Shown here: piece by piece, positions 9,602 through 18,267 of the stretch | Position numbering within the stretch: the stretch's first letter is position 1 | How the letters are laid out: every line of letters begins with the position of its first letter | Program-made: the position numbers and the translations under genes | Notes under the pieces: generated by a model | What the model was told of the DNA's origin: nothing | The model's input: only the letters and a program-made list of their open reading frames with translations | Databases searched by the model: none | NCBI GenBank assembly: GCA_944322255.1 | Contig: CALUOK010000005.1 | Span: 18,286-82,285 of the forward strand | Direction of reading: 5' to 3' | DNA length: 64,000 nt | From: Candidatus Methanomethylophilaceae archaeon | GTDB lineage: Archaea > Thermoplasmatota > Thermoplasmata > Methanomassiliicoccales > Methanomethylophilaceae

Positions 9602-11314
9602 TCAGTCCCCCTCCGCCATCCTCACAGCCACGCGTCCGCCGCCCACGGCGATGCCGTACGACAGGACCTCCGATCCCCTGGCGAACCAGGCGTACTCCTT
9701 CTCGCGCACCTGCGCCAGCGCCTTCCCGGCGACCTCGTCGGCGTCGTCCCTCTCCGAGATCTTCTTGATCTCCACGATCGCGCCCCTGCCGGACCTGTCC
9801 CACGGGACCAGGCCGATGTCGGCGATCCCGTCCCCACTGTGGAGCTCCACCTTGACTCTGTGGGTGCTCTGGGTCCACATCATCCCCGCGATGAACATGT
9901 GCGGCGCCGACTCCAGGGATTCGGACCTGGGGTTGAAGGACACCTCCAGGACCTTCTCGATCTCCTCGCGGACGGCTGCGACGTCACCCGACAGGACGGC
10001 CGAGGTGAAGGCGTTCATGTGGTCCCACCCCCTCGGCGTGAACCATCTCCTCACCTTCCTCCCGAAGAGGTCCATGACCTCGCGGTTGGGCACCCTCAGG
10101 GCGTACGTCCCGTCTGGGTTCCTGGTCGCGGTGAGGTAACCTGCCTGGACGATGTACGCCGGGACGTCCTCCGGGTCCATCTCCAGCACATCGCCGCTCC
10201 TCGGGAACGAGAGACGGCTGTCGATGCGGGCGTCCACGGTCCCTCCGGACAGCAGGACCGCCAGCTGCTCCCTCGCGTGTCTGTCGGCCACGTTCAGCAT
10301 CCTGCCAATCTGCTCATCGCTGCCGGAGGCCACCCAGTAGCTGTCCGGACGCGTGTTGTACTGGAAGTAGCATATGACGCTGTACGGGCTGTACACCTCC
10401 GTGTCGCCGAAGCGGTAGCCGTCGTAATGGGCCCTGATCTCATCCAGCCTCTCCGGGCACCCCGCCTTCTCGCACAGTCCCGACACCTCGGCCTCCGTGA
10501 GCCCGAAGCAGTCGGAGAACTCGTCATCGCTGAACACGCTGCTCACGTAGAGGTTGTTGACACCCGAGAACATGCCCTCCTTGGCCATCTGCAGCACGCC
10601 CGTGATGACCGCCTTCCCGAGATGCTCGTTGTTCTTGAGAAGCGACGACAGCACCGTGCGCAGACGGTCCATGGCATCGGAGAAGTATCCCCTGTCCATA
10701 GCGAACAGGACGGGTGCCTCGTACTCATCGATGAGAAGGACGGGCCTGACGCCGTGATGCGCATGGAGGCACTCTATCAGAAGGCTCAGATCGTCGAGAT
10801 CGGGCAGCCTGCGGTTGATCACCCTGTCGACCTCGCCCCTCATGAAATCATCGAGACGATCGGAGTCCAACAGATACCTGAACCCGTTGACCGTGTGCAT
10901 GATCATCTTCTCGAACGCCCTCTGGTTCTCACTGGATGTCATGCCCCTGACGTCCTTGAGGTCTATGTACACAACGGGGACGGCGTTCCTCACGTCGTCG
11001 TACTCGTGATGTGTGTCGATCTCCAGTCCGTCGAACCAGTGGTTCCCCCTGTACCTGAGGTCCAGGAAGTACCTGAGCATCGACAGGTTCAGCGATTTGC
11101 CGAAACGGCGGGGGCGCGTTATCAGCAGCACCCGCGCCGGATTTGAGAGCACCCTGTCCACGAAACGGCTCTTGTCCGCGTATGCGAGACCGTCGTCACG
11201 CAGGACGCTGAAGTTGCATTCGGTCACGGATACCCTCGTGTCATCGCCTCCTCCGATGACGAAAACGTCTCCGGGGATTATATCGTTGCCGTCACGGCCC
11301 TCTTCGTCTGCCAT
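9602..11314 (-). CDS. Predicted AAA-ATPase fused to a PD-(D/E)XK nuclease-like domain (AAA-ATPase_like + PDDEXK_9 architecture)
   Basis: Start reset to ATG 11314 (MADEEGRD); the track starts at TTG 11362. The N-terminal half has YADKSRFV and RPRRFGKSLNLSML. The C-terminal GDGIADIGLV...AIVEIKK is a D...ExK nuclease-type motif. Confidence 0.8.
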   Translation of the reverse strand: MADEEGRDGNDIIPGDVFVIGGGDDTRVSVTECNFSVLRDDGLAYADKSRFVDRVLSNPARVLLITRPRRFGKSLNLSMLRYFLDLRYRGNHWFDGLEIDTHHEYDDVRNAVPVVYIDLKDVRGMTSSENQRAFEKMIMHTVNGFRYLLDSDRLDDFMRGEVDRVINRRLPDLDDLSLLIECLHAHHGVRPVLLIDEYEAPVLFAMDRGYFSDAMDRLRTVLSSLLKNNEHLGKAVITGVLQMAKEGMFSGVNNLYVSSVFSDDEFSDCFGLTEAEVSGLCEKAGCPERLDEIRAHYDGYRFGDTEVYSPYSVICYFQYNTRPDSYWVASGSDEQIGRMLNVADRHAREQLAVLLSGGTVDARIDSRLSFPRSGDVLEMDPEDVPAYIVQAGYLTATRNPDGTYALRVPNREVMDLFGRKVRRWFTPRGWDHMNAFTSAVLSGDVAAVREEIEKVLEVSFNPRSESLESAPHMFIAGMMWTQSTHRVKVELHSGDGIADIGLVPWDRSGRGAIVEIKKISERDDADEVAGKALAQVREKEYAWFARGSEVLSYGIAVGGGRVAVRMAEGD

Positions 11315-11466
11315 GACCGTGTGGAGACGGAAGCAGCCTCTTAAGGGACGTGCGGTTAACAACGGTCGATACTACAACGAGCTTGGATTCCCGGTGTGGC
11401 CCGGTGCTTCGGACGCCGCGATACGCGTTTGAACAAACTTTATAATCGTCCAGCCATCGCGGGGAC

Positions 11467-12786
11467 ATGGACCTCGAGCAGACCGTTCTAGGAAAGATCG
11501 TACCCCCGCCGGAGGAAGTCGCGTCCATACAGGAGCGCGCGGACCGCCTGAAGGGCATCGTGGAGGAGTACATCGCATCCCACGGCATCGAGGTCGAGGC
11601 CAGGTTCGCCGGGTCCTTCTCCAAGGGGACCTTCCTGTCCAACCCGGACCTGGACCTGTTCCTGATGTTCCCGGACACCGTTCCGGAGGAGGACATGAAG
11701 AGGATCGGCCTCCAGGCGGGAGAGGACATCCTGCACGGCATGCGCATGTTCTCCGACCACCCCTACACCAGAGGCAACTTCGAGGGGCTCGACGTGGACA
11801 TGGTCCCGTGCTTCCGCATAGACAGCACCGAGCACCTGAAGAGCGCCGTGGACCGCACCCCGTTCCACACCGAGTTCATAATGTCCCATCTGGACGACGC
11901 GGGGAAGGACCAGGTGCGCCTACTGAAGAAGTTCATGAAGGGAATCGGCACCTACGGGGCCGAGCAGGACGCGAGGGGGTTCTCCGGATACCTCTGCGAG
12001 CTCCTCGTGGTCAGGTTCGGCACGTTCCGCGGGGTGCTGGAGGCGGCCTGCCACTGGAGGAACGGCACGACAATCGCCATCAAGGGCATGGGGCCCGAGA
12101 TAACATCGCCGCTGGTTGTGTACGACCCGGTGGACCCGAGGAGGAACGTCGCCTCCGCCGTGCACCTCGACACGCTGTCCACCTTCATAGTGGCCGCCAA
12201 CTCCTATCTTGCCGAGCCCCGGGAGGAGTTCTTCTTCCCCAGAAAGAGGAGCCCTCTGACCGCCGACGGGCTCCGCGGACTCGCGGACAGGCACGGCACC
12301 AGGGTAGTGTCCGCCGTCTTCGACAGGCCCGACGCCATAGAGGACAACCTGTTCTCCCAGCTCTGGAAGACCCAGATCGCCTTCGCGAAGAAGCTGGACG
12401 ACTTCGGGTTCACCGTGCTGAGGGGCGTCCACGAGATGGACGACGGCAGCATGACCGTGGCCTTCGAGGTCGAGCGCGACACCCTGCCCAGGACGTTCAA
12501 GCACGAGGGGCCGCCCGTGTGGGTCAACTCCGCGTCGTTCCTGTCCAAATGGAAGGGGAGCCCCTGCGGCGACCCGTTCATCGAGGACGGGAGGTGGATG
12601 GTCGTCTCCGAGCGTCAGTACGTCGACGCGAAGGACATGCTGGAGCACGAGGCGTCCATGGCGGGCATCGGCAAGGAACTGGACCTGGGCACCATGAGGG
12701 TCATGGACCACGAGACATCCCTTTCCGGCATCGACCCCCTGCTTCTGACGGAGCTGCTGGACCCCAGGATGCCCTGGGAGATCTGA
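11467..12786 (+). CDS. cca: CCA-adding enzyme (archaeal class I tRNA nucleotidyltransferase)
   Basis: 439 aa. GSFSKGTFLSNPDLDLFLMF nucleotidyltransferase motif and RTPFHTEF motif. CTTTATAA box about 20 nt upstream of the ATG. Confidence 0.9.
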   Translation: MDLEQTVLGKIVPPPEEVASIQERADRLKGIVEEYIASHGIEVEARFAGSFSKGTFLSNPDLDLFLMFPDTVPEEDMKRIGLQAGEDILHGMRMFSDHPYTRGNFEGLDVDMVPCFRIDSTEHLKSAVDRTPFHTEFIMSHLDDAGKDQVRLLKKFMKGIGTYGAEQDARGFSGYLCELLVVRFGTFRGVLEAACHWRNGTTIAIKGMGPEITSPLVVYDPVDPRRNVASAVHLDTLSTFIVAANSYLAEPREEFFFPRKRSPLTADGLRGLADRHGTRVVSAVFDRPDAIEDNLFSQLWKTQIAFAKKLDDFGFTVLRGVHEMDDGSMTVAFEVERDTLPRTFKHEGPPVWVNSASFLSKWKGSPCGDPFIEDGRWMVVSERQYVDAKDMLEHEASMAGIGKELDLGTMRVMDHETSLSGIDPLLLTELLDPRMPWEI

Positions 12787-12829
12787 GAACCAACCATTTT
12801 ATAGAGATCCCGCAATCAGCAGGGACAGT

Positions 12830-12905
12830 GGGCCTGTGGGTTAGCTTGGTATACTTGCGGCTTTGGGAGCCGTTGACCCCGGTTCAAATCCGGGCTGGCC
12901 CACCA
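12830..12905 (+). tRNA. tRNA-Pro (anticodon UGG) with encoded CCA
   Basis: 73-nt cloverleaf folded by hand. Anticodon loop UUUGGGA, T-arm CCCGG-UUCAAAU-CCGGG, and one U-U mismatch in the acceptor stem. TTTTATAG box at 12797-12804. Confidence 0.85.
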
Positions 12906-13027
12906 TTTTCCATGTAGATTCCTCGTGCAGAAATCCGTCTTTTCCCATGTGATTGAATACATTTCTAATTATCGAAAATCGAAAATCGATAAGAACGATA
13001 TTAGATACGGATGCATAATCACAACAC

Positions 13028-13435
13028 ATGACAGGGGCTGCATCTCACGACAATCCGCTGGAGGAGAGGTACAGCCATGACATCCTCATCAGACTTCTGG
13101 AATCCGGGACGATGATGAAGACCGAACTTCTCAGAAGTGTTTCGAAGTCCTCCTGCATGATCGGCAGACTGGAACGTCTGGAGGAGGCTGGCCTGGTGGA
13201 GACATACAACGACACCTTCTCGTACAACACCAAATGGGTGTCGTTGACCGCCAAGGGATCCGCCGTCGCACGCCTCATCAAACAGATTCACGACATCATG
13301 GACGGCAACATGACCGTGAACGGAGGCCGTGTCGACAACGACCTCCAAAACTGGGGGGATGAGATGGAAGGGGCGTTCGCCCAGAGTGTGGAGCCTGCCG
13401 GGAGGCGGGACGACGCCCGGAACCCTCCCGACTGA
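13028..13435 (+). CDS. Winged-helix-like DNA-binding protein (orphan)
   Basis: 135 aa. ILIRLLESGTMMKTELLRSV...RLERLEEAGLVE...VSLTAKG resembles a MarR/ArsR-type wHTH core, followed by an acidic disordered tail. Confidence 0.6.
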   Translation: MTGAASHDNPLEERYSHDILIRLLESGTMMKTELLRSVSKSSCMIGRLERLEEAGLVETYNDTFSYNTKWVSLTAKGSAVARLIKQIHDIMDGNMTVNGGRVDNDLQNWGDEMEGAFAQSVEPAGRRDDARNPPD

Positions 13436-13441
13436 CCTTTT

Positions 13442-14089
13442 TCAGTAATACTTTATGTTGCACCTGTAGCAGTAGTTCTCCGCGTCCAGCAGCCCTCCGC
13501 ATTTCGGACAGTGGCGGTAGTTGCTGCTTGCGGCACTCAGCGAGATGTACATGAACACCAGCAGGAACAGCATTATAACCAGGACCGGGAGGAACATCGC
13601 CACCAGGACCCTGAACAACCCGGTGCTCTTGAACACACTGTCCTCGTCCCAGTCGTACTCCTCTATGATCGTCGGATCACGCATGGTCTGACGGACCATG
13701 ACCATGGTGACGAAGCCGATGATGATGACTGGCACCAGGAGCATTACCGCCTCTGGAGCCGGTTCCCCTCCGCCCTGGTATTGGAGTATAAGTAGCAGAA
13801 CACTGGACCCGAACACACAGGAACTCGTGTACATGACGAGAAGGGACACGATGTAATGTCTGAGACGACCGACTGTATTCCCCTTCTTGTTGATCTTCGC
13901 TCCCCTGATCCACTTCAGTCCGTTCAAAACGAGAATCAGACAACCTACAGTCAGTCCGACGATTAACCACTCCGTCAGGCCCATGTCCGTCTCGGATTCG
14001 ACAGGGGACATCCCCGCCAGGACGAAGGCCAGTATCAATGAGAACACGCCCACGAACAGAACGTATCCTCCAGTTATCTTACGGTTCAT
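13442..14089 (-). CDS. Multi-TM membrane protein with C-terminal zinc ribbon (orphan)
   Basis: 215 aa with about five hydrophobic helices. The C-terminus is CPKCGGLLDAENYCYRCN (CxxC...CxxC). Confidence 0.6.
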   Translation of the reverse strand: MNRKITGGYVLFVGVFSLILAFVLAGMSPVESETDMGLTEWLIVGLTVGCLILVLNGLKWIRGAKINKKGNTVGRLRHYIVSLLVMYTSSCVFGSSVLLLILQYQGGGEPAPEAVMLLVPVIIIGFVTMVMVRQTMRDPTIIEEYDWDEDSVFKSTGLFRVLVAMFLPVLVIMLFLLVFMYISLSAASSNYRHCPKCGGLLDAENYCYRCNIKYY

Positions 14090-14111
14090 GGTCAGTAATT
14101 TATCACTTTTA

Positions 14112-14128
14112 ATTTATTATTTTCGAAA
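14112..14128 (-). promoter_or_regulatory. BRE/TATA-like promoter module TTTCGAAAATAATAAAT for gene 13442..14089
   Basis: This 17-mer is identical to the one at 14319-14335 on the other strand. It ends 22 nt before the ATG and is embedded in the perfect palindrome ATTTTCGAAAAT (14119-14130). Confidence 0.6.
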
Positions 14129-14318
14129 ATAGAAATACTACGATGAGACATGTCCTTCGGATGAACCGTGGAACATCTGAAATTCCATCATCTCGCTGAG
14201 AATCGCCTGGAATCACACCTGTCTGTGATGTGTAAAAACGTTTTAGCGACAAATGATCCTGACGAACTGTTCCATCACCCTACTTGAGAATGATTTCGAA
14301 ATAAATACTATTTTCGAA

Positions 14319-14335
14319 TTTCGAAAATAATAAAT
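14319..14335 (+). promoter_or_regulatory. BRE/TATA-like promoter module TTTCGAAAATAATAAAT for gene 14359..14850
   Basis: Identical 17-mer ending 23 nt before the ATG. It overlaps a 19-bp palindrome at 14310-14328, and a 10-bp palindrome ATTTCGAAAT lies at 14293-14302. Confidence 0.6.
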
Positions 14336-14358
14336 AAAGACCTGTGGATTAAGGATTC

Positions 14359-14850
14359 ATGAACACCAGGACCCTGATTGTGGCAATTGCCGTCGTGGCT
14401 GTGGTAGGCATTGCGGCGGTGGCCCTCGCCCTGAGTAACAATGGAAGCTCGGGTGACGGCAGTGTGGAATACAACTACGACTTCTCGGTTGATGACTACA
14501 ACCTCTATGGCGAAAACTACAGAGTGCTCGGCATGGACCTCGCGGTCAAGAACATAAACCATGTGTCCATACCCGCCGAGGGTGGCCTTCGTCTAGACTA
14601 CATGACAGTCACGGTAAAGTACAACGGCGGAGAGCTGTTCAAGGATCATGTCATGAGTGGGGTAATGAGTCCTGGAAACGACTATGTTACACAGGTCTCC
14701 TGGAACGTTTCCCTGGACTTCACCATCGACCAGATCGAAAACGTCGAGATTGGATGGCAGGTCCCCGAAGGTGCAGAGGAACTCGTGGGTGAGATCGACA
14801 CACCCGAGTTCGTATACAACGAATCCCTCTCCACCGACAAGTACGCTTGA
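14359..14850 (+). CDS. N-terminally anchored secreted/surface protein (orphan)
   Basis: 163 aa. Signal/anchor helix LIVAIAVVAVVGIAAVALAL followed by a beta-rich Asn/Tyr/Val-rich domain. Confidence 0.6.
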   Translation: MNTRTLIVAIAVVAVVGIAAVALALSNNGSSGDGSVEYNYDFSVDDYNLYGENYRVLGMDLAVKNINHVSIPAEGGLRLDYMTVTVKYNGGELFKDHVMSGVMSPGNDYVTQVSWNVSLDFTIDQIENVEIGWQVPEGAEELVGEIDTPEFVYNESLSTDKYA

Positions 14851-14906
14851 ACACGGTTCCGTACGATTCGACTGGTCGTATCGGAATCGATTGTGAATCC
14901 TTTCCG

Positions 14907-14950
14907 GTCGGCGGGCGCAATCGCGCCTGCCGACAACCTCTGAACCTTTT
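14907..14950 (+). terminator. GC-rich hairpin plus T-run downstream of gene 14359..14850
   Basis: GTCGGCGGGCGC-AATC-GCGCCTGCCGAC forms 12 bp (one G-U pair). A TTTT run lies at 14947-14950. Confidence 0.55.
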
Positions 14951-15110
14951 GTCACCTGACCTGGGTGGGAGCACCCCCTGCATTATATGACGATCCCACA
15001 CTCACACAATTGATGCAGACTGTTGGACAAATGATTCCAAGCATGCAACCCATATTATAGTTCGATGACAATGCATCGCTTTAAACAATTTGAAGACATT
15101 AAAATGTATA

Positions 15111-15875
15111 ATGAGTGAAAACCCATCGTATACGGTTAGCGAATACAGCATCGAACTTGTATCAGACATCGAAAGGAGATTAGACGACCCCAGACTGGCG
15201 GAGGCGCTGTCGTCGCCGGAGGTGCGCCACGCCAACAGACTGGCTGCGGTGCAGGCCACGGCGGCGATAGAGAACAACAGCCTTTCGCTTCCGCATGTCA
15301 GAAGGCTCATCGACGACAACGGGATCGTCCCCGGATGCAGACGCGAGACCCAGGAGATCAGGAACCTGTACGACGCGTACTCGGTGATGGATGGCTTCGA
15401 TCCGAACAGCACGGACGACCTGCTCAGGGCGCACGGGATGGTGACGCGCGACATCCTGCCGAACGCCGGACGGTTCCGCGACCATGGCGTGGGGATCTAC
15501 TCGGGGAACGAACTTATCCATCTTGCGCCTCCCGCGTACCTCGTACCCGGCCTCGTGGACGACCTGCTCGGATGGCTGAGGACCTCGGACGAGCACCCTC
15601 TCATCCTCGGCTGCGTGTTCCACCACTGGTTCGAGTTCATCCACCCGTTCTCGGACGGGAACGGACGCACCGGGAGGCTCTGGCACATGAGGATCGTGCA
15701 GTCGTGGCGGCCGGAGTTCGAATGGATTCCGGTGGAGGCATCCGTGCTGAGGCACAGATGGGAATACTACGACGCGATACAGGAATCCGACGAATCGGGG
15801 GACTCCGGGAGGTTCATCGGATTCATGCTGGAGGTCGTCTCCGAGGCCGTCGACGATATCCTCGACAAGGTGTGA
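15111..15875 (+). CDS. Fic-domain protein (class II, with N-terminal inhibitory helix motif)
   Basis: Fic motif HPFSDGNGRTGR (HxFx[DE]GNGRxxR). Upstream TAAIEN matches the [ST]xxxE[GN] inhibitory motif. Start set to ATG 15111 (MSENPSY); the track starts at TTG 15090. Confidence 0.85.
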   Translation: MSENPSYTVSEYSIELVSDIERRLDDPRLAEALSSPEVRHANRLAAVQATAAIENNSLSLPHVRRLIDDNGIVPGCRRETQEIRNLYDAYSVMDGFDPNSTDDLLRAHGMVTRDILPNAGRFRDHGVGIYSGNELIHLAPPAYLVPGLVDDLLGWLRTSDEHPLILGCVFHHWFEFIHPFSDGNGRTGRLWHMRIVQSWRPEFEWIPVEASVLRHRWEYYDAIQESDESGDSGRFIGFMLEVVSEAVDDILDKV

Positions 15876-15893
15876 TCGGACAGTCTGGCACAT

Positions 15894-16538
15894 GTGCCGT
15901 TCAGGGGGTTTTCGGTGCCCGGAGGAGATGTGCCAGATGATCCGATGGCCTCCTGTCGTTTTCGGTCACCTCCCCCTGCAACGCTCATAACCGCCTCTGA
16001 GAATCGAACGCCCATGGTCGCATCGGAGAACGACATCATGGGCACCATGAGACATGCTCTGGCGGAGATGGACCTCGCCCTCGGGAGGAAGGTGTCGGCC
16101 ATGGTGATCTCCGGCACCGTCACGCCGCCCAGACGCGGCGTGAGGACCCAGGAGAGCCCCCAGTTCCTGACATCCCGGGCCCTGGTGACGCCCATGGTCC
16201 GCACCCTCGGATACACGGACGTCACCGAGATGCGCAGGGAGCTGGAGCACATCCCCGGGCTCGTGATAGCCGTGACCGCGGCGAACCATCCCCTGAGGGA
16301 GGCCTCGGAGAATCTGCTCAGGACCATGAGGGCCGAGGACATAGAGTTCGGTGTCGCCACCGACGGCATAAGGTGGATGATGGCGGAGATGTACGGCAGG
16401 AGGCCGAAGATCGTCTGCATGTCCGACCTCCGGCCGTACTACGTCGAGGTTCTCGACCGCGACAGGTTCAGGACCGCCGTGCCCGAGGACAGACGGAACC
16501 TCCGCCTGTTCTCGAGCGTGTTCTCGAAGATGCCGTGA
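15894..16538 (+). CDS. Hypothetical protein with degenerate restriction-endonuclease-like (PD-(D/E)XK-fold-like) pattern
   Basis: Protein-like composition. VTPMVRTLGYTDV ... PGLVIAVTAAN ... FGVATDGIRWMM resembles HSDR_N-type domains but lacks the ExK residues. The start is uncertain (GTG 15894 or internal ATGs). Same reading frame as the Fic gene. Confidence 0.5.
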   Translation: MPFRGFSVPGGDVPDDPMASCRFRSPPPATLITASENRTPMVASENDIMGTMRHALAEMDLALGRKVSAMVISGTVTPPRRGVRTQESPQFLTSRALVTPMVRTLGYTDVTEMRRELEHIPGLVIAVTAANHPLREASENLLRTMRAEDIEFGVATDGIRWMMAEMYGRRPKIVCMSDLRPYYVEVLDRDRFRTAVPEDRRNLRLFSSVFSKMP

Positions 16539-16540
16539 CG

Positions 16541-18235
16541 TCAAAGCTTCTGTCCGCACGGCGGATCGTCCGGGGAACCGATGTCCTTGTCCCTGACGAC
16601 AGAGGAGTACAGACGGAACCCTCCCGCCAGGTGGCTGCACTCGTACCCGTTCTGCTCCAGCATCCTCGCCGCGATGTAGCTGCGGAGGGCGCTGTGGCAG
16701 ATCAGGCGGATGTGCCTGTCCTTGGGGATCTCCGACATCCTCGCCCTGAGCTCATCCACGGGGATGTTCACGGACCCCTCGATGTGCCCGCACGAGTACT
16801 CGGCCGGGGTGCGGACGTCCACAAGATAGGATCCCTCGTCCTCCGCGATGTCCCCGACCTCGTCCCAGAAGAACTGCCTGACCCTGCCGGACACCAGGTT
16901 GTCTATGACGAACCCCGCCATGTTGACGGGATCCTTCGCGGAGGAGTACGGCGGCGCGTACGCCAGGTCGAGCTCCTCCAGGAGCCTGTAGTCCCCTCCG
17001 GCGCGGATGGCTGTGGCAATCACGTCGATCCTCTTGTCGGAACCCTCGTATCCAACGATCTGCGCTCCGAGGATCCTCCCCGTGCCCTTCTCGAACAGCG
17101 TCTTGACGGACATGTTCCTGGCCCCGGGATAGTACGTGGCGTGAGATGCGGAGTAGATGTAGACCTTCCCGTAGTCTATGCCGGCGGCCTTAGCCGTCTT
17201 CTCGTTGAGGCCGGTGGTGGCGACGGTCATGTCGAACACCTTGATCACCGACGACCCTTGGGACCCCCTGTACTCGGACGGGATGCCGCAGATGTTGTCG
17301 GCCGCGATGCGCCCCTGCCTGTTGGCCGGTCCCGCCAGGGAGATGACCGCGTCCGTGCCGGACACGAACTCCCTCACCTGGACGGCGTCGCCGACGGCGT
17401 AGATGCTCGGGTCCGACGTGCGCATGTGCGTGTCGGTGACGATGGCCCCCTTGATGCCCGTCTCCAGACCGGCATCGGATGCCAGGTGGGTATCCGGGAC
17501 CACCCCGAGGGCGACGACCGCCATGTCCGCTTCCAGGACGCGTCCGCTCCTGAGGTTGACCCTCAGGTTCCCTCCGGAGTTGTCGAACCCGGTGACGGCC
17601 TCGGACAGGAGCAGCTCGATCCCGTTGTCCCTGAGGCAGTGGTGCACGTCGGCGGCCATGTCCCTGTCCAGCGGCGGCAGGACGTGGTCGGGGCGCTGCA
17701 CCAGCGTCACCCTCACACCCATGTGCGCCAGGTTCTCGGCCACCTCCAGCCCTATGTAGCCCCCTCCGGCCACGACGGCGTGCCCGGGGCGGTTGGCCGT
17801 GACGAAGTCGCGCATGGCCAGGGTGTCCTCCACCGTGCGCATGGTCATGATCCTGGGGTCGGATGTGCCGGGCATGTCCGGCACCAAGGGCTTGGCTCCG
17901 GGGGACAGGATCAGCACGTCGTATGGCTCGTCGTACTCGGAGCCGTCGTCCAGCCCCCTGACCCTGACCTTCTTGGCCGTCCTGTCGATGGAGACCGCCT
18001 CGTTCCTCACCCTGACGTCCACGCTGAAGCGGTTCCTGAAGGACTCCGGCGTCTGGAGGGTCAGCTTGGCCCTGTCCTCTATGACCCCTCCGACGTAGTA
18101 CGGGAGCCCGCAGTTGGCATAGGACACGTACCCTGTGCGCTCCAGCATGACTATCTCGGCCCTCTCGTCCAGCCTTCTCAGCCTCGCCGCCGCGGAAGCA
18201 CCTCCGGCGACCCCTCCGATGATCAGAACCTTCAT
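16541..18235 (-). CDS. CoA-disulfide reductase/NADH oxidase-type flavoprotein fused to a C-terminal rhodanese domain
   Basis: 564 aa. KVLIIGGVAGGASAA FAD fold, redox Cys in SYANCGLPYY, and a C-terminal rhodanese loop ICHSALRS. Confidence 0.85.
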   Translation of the reverse strand: MKVLIIGGVAGGASAAARLRRLDERAEIVMLERTGYVSYANCGLPYYVGGVIEDRAKLTLQTPESFRNRFSVDVRVRNEAVSIDRTAKKVRVRGLDDGSEYDEPYDVLILSPGAKPLVPDMPGTSDPRIMTMRTVEDTLAMRDFVTANRPGHAVVAGGGYIGLEVAENLAHMGVRVTLVQRPDHVLPPLDRDMAADVHHCLRDNGIELLLSEAVTGFDNSGGNLRVNLRSGRVLEADMAVVALGVVPDTHLASDAGLETGIKGAIVTDTHMRTSDPSIYAVGDAVQVREFVSGTDAVISLAGPANRQGRIAADNICGIPSEYRGSQGSSVIKVFDMTVATTGLNEKTAKAAGIDYGKVYIYSASHATYYPGARNMSVKTLFEKGTGRILGAQIVGYEGSDKRIDVIATAIRAGGDYRLLEELDLAYAPPYSSAKDPVNMAGFVIDNLVSGRVRQFFWDEVGDIAEDEGSYLVDVRTPAEYSCGHIEGSVNIPVDELRARMSEIPKDRHIRLICHSALRSYIAARMLEQNGYECSHLAGGFRLYSSVVRDKDIGSPDDPPCGQKL

Positions 18236-18267
18236 GTGAATCGGGAAGTAAACGGCGATTAGATATA

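Noticed and set aside
7376-9768. Shadow ORFs over the second ilvB paralogue (7376..9520 minus strand, 714 aa; 8116..9768 plus strand, 550 aa)
   Set aside because: The composition argument is the same as above. The true frame carries the complete TPP-enzyme motif set.
15873-15875. Selenocysteine or other programmed recoding at the TGA between Fic and the downstream in-frame ORF
   Set aside because: I noticed no SECIS-like hairpin downstream, and no Sec machinery genes lie in the window. A same-frame arrangement has a one-in-three chance. I kept it only as one of three alternatives in the finding.
12830-16540. Integrated mobile element or provirus inserted at tRNA-Pro
   Set aside because: The AT-rich orphan genes next to a tRNA suggested it. 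However, I found no integrase or recombinase, no capsid or replication genes, and no direct repeat of the tRNA 3' end downstream by eye. I kept only the weaker 'accessory block' statement.
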